Source of the DNA: Octopus sinensis
Lineage: Eukaryota
Assembly: GCF_006345805.1 (NCBI RefSeq)
Contig: NC_043006.1
Coordinates: 24,986,001 to 25,050,000, forward strand
Direction: 5' to 3'
DNA length: 64,000 bases
Shown here: piece by piece, positions 60,931-64,000 of the stretch
How positions within the stretch are numbered: position 1 is the first letter of the stretch
Layout: every line of letters begins with the position of its first letter
Program-made: the position numbers and the translations under genes
Notes under the pieces: generated by a model
Seen by the model: only the letters and a program-made list of their open reading frames with translations
What the model was told of the DNA's origin: nothing
Database searches by the model: none

Positions 60931-63031
60931 CAAAGACATAGAATTTAATTAAATTAGAACAGATAGACACATTAAATCTCCAAGAAGTTAAGGAGATAGA
61001 CAAAGAACATGTTGTACCCACAACAGTATGGTTGTAACTAAAATTTTCAAGGAGACACTTCCTGTCACTGATTTTTTGGGGGTTATTTTATTTTATTTTA
61101 TTTTATGGGGTCAGTTTTAATTTATAGACTAGTTTATCAAATGCCTCGTATATTTAAGGCTGAGAGAAATAGAGGGCAGTATTAGTTTGAGATAAGGGTT
61201 GAAGCAGTAGACAGACATTCTAGATGGTATAGCCATAAAAATTAAGATTTATTAGAAGCAATGTCATGAGGTTTAGTAAGAGAAAATTATTGTTGTTGTT
61301 GTTATTTTTATAGCTGCCTTAAATAAATCTAATCCTTGTACTCCTATTAGTTCATACTCAGCTTATATAAAGTAATACTGGTATCTCCACATCTTAAAAT
61401 TAGTTCAATTTTAATTAAATCAGTATATAGTTGACATGGTCTTTAACCTCTGTTGCCCCCTCCTTATTAAAAAACCAATTAAATCCATTTGATCAATCTC
61501 TATAGAAACCATATAATAAGTTAATATTTTAGATAAGTAATAAGTATATAGATATTAATCTATTTCTTTGCAATTTCTTTTTTCCTCTCACTATTGTGGT
61601 AAAAAATTTGGTTTTTACTCAAAATATTCAAAGAAGCGGTATCCTTTTGTTAAAATTTTCATTCTTAATAATCTTCTTGATTACCCTAAAAAAAAATTTA
61701 ACCTTGTATAGTATGACAATATTGTTTGAAATGATCTTTAGAAATTACTTGATTTTTCTCTTTCTTAAATGGCTCTACCCTCCTGATCGTAGTTTTTATA
61801 AGGACCTTTATATAAATTACCTTTCTAAACGAGTACCACTAAGAAACTATAAATATCATGTAGGGAGTAATAATAACAATTTCTTAAACCTATAATATAA
61901 CCCTTAATTTAAAAAAAAGATTAGTGTAAAATATAATTGTTCCATAACTTAAATATTCCTTTAGCCGATATCAAACATCAGTGTTTTATAGATATTAGCT
62001 AAATGAGTAAATATAATTTTTAGTCTAATATATTTTGAATTATTATATTTTTTCTAAAAAATCTTCTCTATTGGTGAACAAACTACATATACTTTACCAT
62101 AGTATTGGTAATTAAAACCTTTTTATTCTTTTTCTATGGTGTTCTGCCCTTGATTATTTTATTTTATTTTATAATTAGCCTTTATTTATAAAATTATTCT
62201 GAGTTTTGTATCTCTATAAATTCATACTTGGCTTATATAAAACACTACTTATAAGAAAACTGCTTAGATTAAAATTTTATTAATATATAATTAGCATGTT
62301 CTTTTACCTCAATACTCCTTTATTAATACCAGTAAATATCATTTAATCAATATTCACAAATACCATCTGATGAGTATTTAAGTATACAAAATGTATAAAT
62401 ATTAAACTATTTCTATATAATTTCTTTTCCTCCCCCTATTGTGGTAAAAGTTTGATATATACCCAAAAGTATTCATAAATTTCTATCCTTTTGTTACAAT
62501 ATTCTTCTTAATAATCTTTTGAATAACCCTAAACTTCAACTGTATACAATATAGTAATATTGTTTTAAAGTATTTAACTATAAAAAAAATATTATTTTAA
62601 CCCCCCCCCCCGTTTCATTATTAATAGTCTTCTAGTGGGCAACCACTTAATTATCAGCTAACATCTTGTTTTAAGTTTTCCCCTACTAAACCTCATGACA
62701 TTGCTTCTTATAAATCTTAATTTTTATGACTATACCATCTAAAATGTCTGTCTACTGCCTCAACCCTTACCCCAAACAAATACTGCCCTCTGTTTCACTC
62801 AGTCTATAAATTAAAACTGACCCCATTAAAAGAAATTTAAAAAATAAAAATAAATTAAAAATTTAAAAAATACAAAAAACAGTGACAGGCAGTGTCTCCT
62901 TGAAAGTTTTAGTTACGATCATACTGTTGTAAGTACATGTTTTTGTCTATCTCCTTAACTTCTTGGAAATTTTAGATATAATTATACTAATGTGTCCATC
63001 TGTTCTAATTTGATTAAATTATATGTCTTTG

Positions 63032-63118
63032 TGCACCTGAAGATTACTCTACATTTTAGATTGATGTAATGATTGCATTGTTCAATTAAATGGAGTTGCA
63101 TGAAACGATCGTGCTGCA
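63032..63118 (+). ncRNA. Extended-stem-II hammerhead, copy 4 (GUG site, stem I mismatch)
   Basis: UGCAC-CUGAAGA-...-GAA-ACGAUCGU-G-CUGCA. Confidence 0.55.
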
Positions 63119-63424
63119 TTACCTCTGGATATCCTTGTTGCTTATTTTGATTTTAATCACTTTATTTTGAAATTGTATGGATAATACCATACTAAATTCT
63201 GGTGCATCAACTTAAGTAACATATTCATCTGAATCTAAATTTATATATATTGTCACTCTAAGAATATTTCCACAAATTTTTATATTCTCACAGAAAATTT
63301 TAATATATTTATTAAACATATTGTATTTTGATTTTTGTATATATTTTATTTTATGTACACACTTCAATGGAGCTTATAATTACAATCTAATCTACCTTGA
63401 AATTTTATCCACCCCTCAAAGCCA

Positions 63425-63828
63425 CATTTTATTCTTTTACTTATTCCATTCATTTGACTGTAGCCATGCTGGAGCACCACTTTGAAGGGTTTATAGTCAA
63501 ACAAATCAACCCTAGGACTTATTCCTTAAGCCTAGTACTTATTCTATTAGTCACTCCTACTGAACTGCCAAGTTACAGAGACGTAAACTCACAACACAGG
63601 ATGTCATGCAGTGATTGGGTGGGGGGACAAACACAGACACAATGACACACACACAGATATATACATACATATATATATATACAACAGGCTTCTTTCAGTT
63701 TCTGCCTACCAAATCCACTCACAAGGCTTTGGTCAGCTTGAGGCTGCCCAAGGTGCCATGCAGTGGAACTGAAACTGGAACTATGTGGTTGGGAAGCAAA
63801 CTTCTTACCACACAGCTACATCTGCACC
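63425..63828 (-). mobile_element. SINE family A
   Basis: Family match. Confidence 0.85.
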
Positions 63829-64000
63829 TATAGCAAGCTTCATACCACACAGCCACACTTGCATCTATGTTTGAATATTTTGTTCTAAGAATTGTTTAGT
63901 CGCCTTTATTAGTATTTATATTATGTTAATAACATTGAATTTACTGATGTAATTTTTCATTTTACTCCTATTTTATCATCTATATTGTCATTCAATTTGA

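Overview
AT-rich, microsatellite- and transposon-saturated animal genomic DNA. The repeat families suggest an octopus/coleoid cephalopod (inference from recall, no search run). No prokaryotic genes, rRNA, true tRNA or CRISPR are present. The only host gene I can support is on the + strand: four phase-consistent internal exons (40727-40928, 42813-43011, 54322-54454, 55136-55481) encoding the conserved N-terminal region of an SRCIN1(p140Cap)/KIAA1217(sickle tail)-family protein. Its start and stop were not found, so most of the window is probably intronic. The rest is TE debris: about 22 copies of one composite tRNA-derived SINE, two other SINE families, RTE LINEs, R4/Dong-like RLE LINEs sitting in microsatellites, Ty3/gypsy remnants, a mariner, non-autonomous Helitrons and Penelope-like elements (PLEs). 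The most interesting signals are (i) several families of short non-coding repeats carrying type I hammerhead ribozyme motifs, including a four-copy family with a ~57-nt extended stem II and one structurally complete copy at 41944-42029 (-); (ii) at least seven long fold-back hairpins, three of them built from these hammerhead-repeat sequences; (iii) a twin-primed (5'-inverted) RTE insertion with an 8-bp TSD. Exon and ribozyme coordinates were counted by hand to the base; most TE boundaries are approximate.
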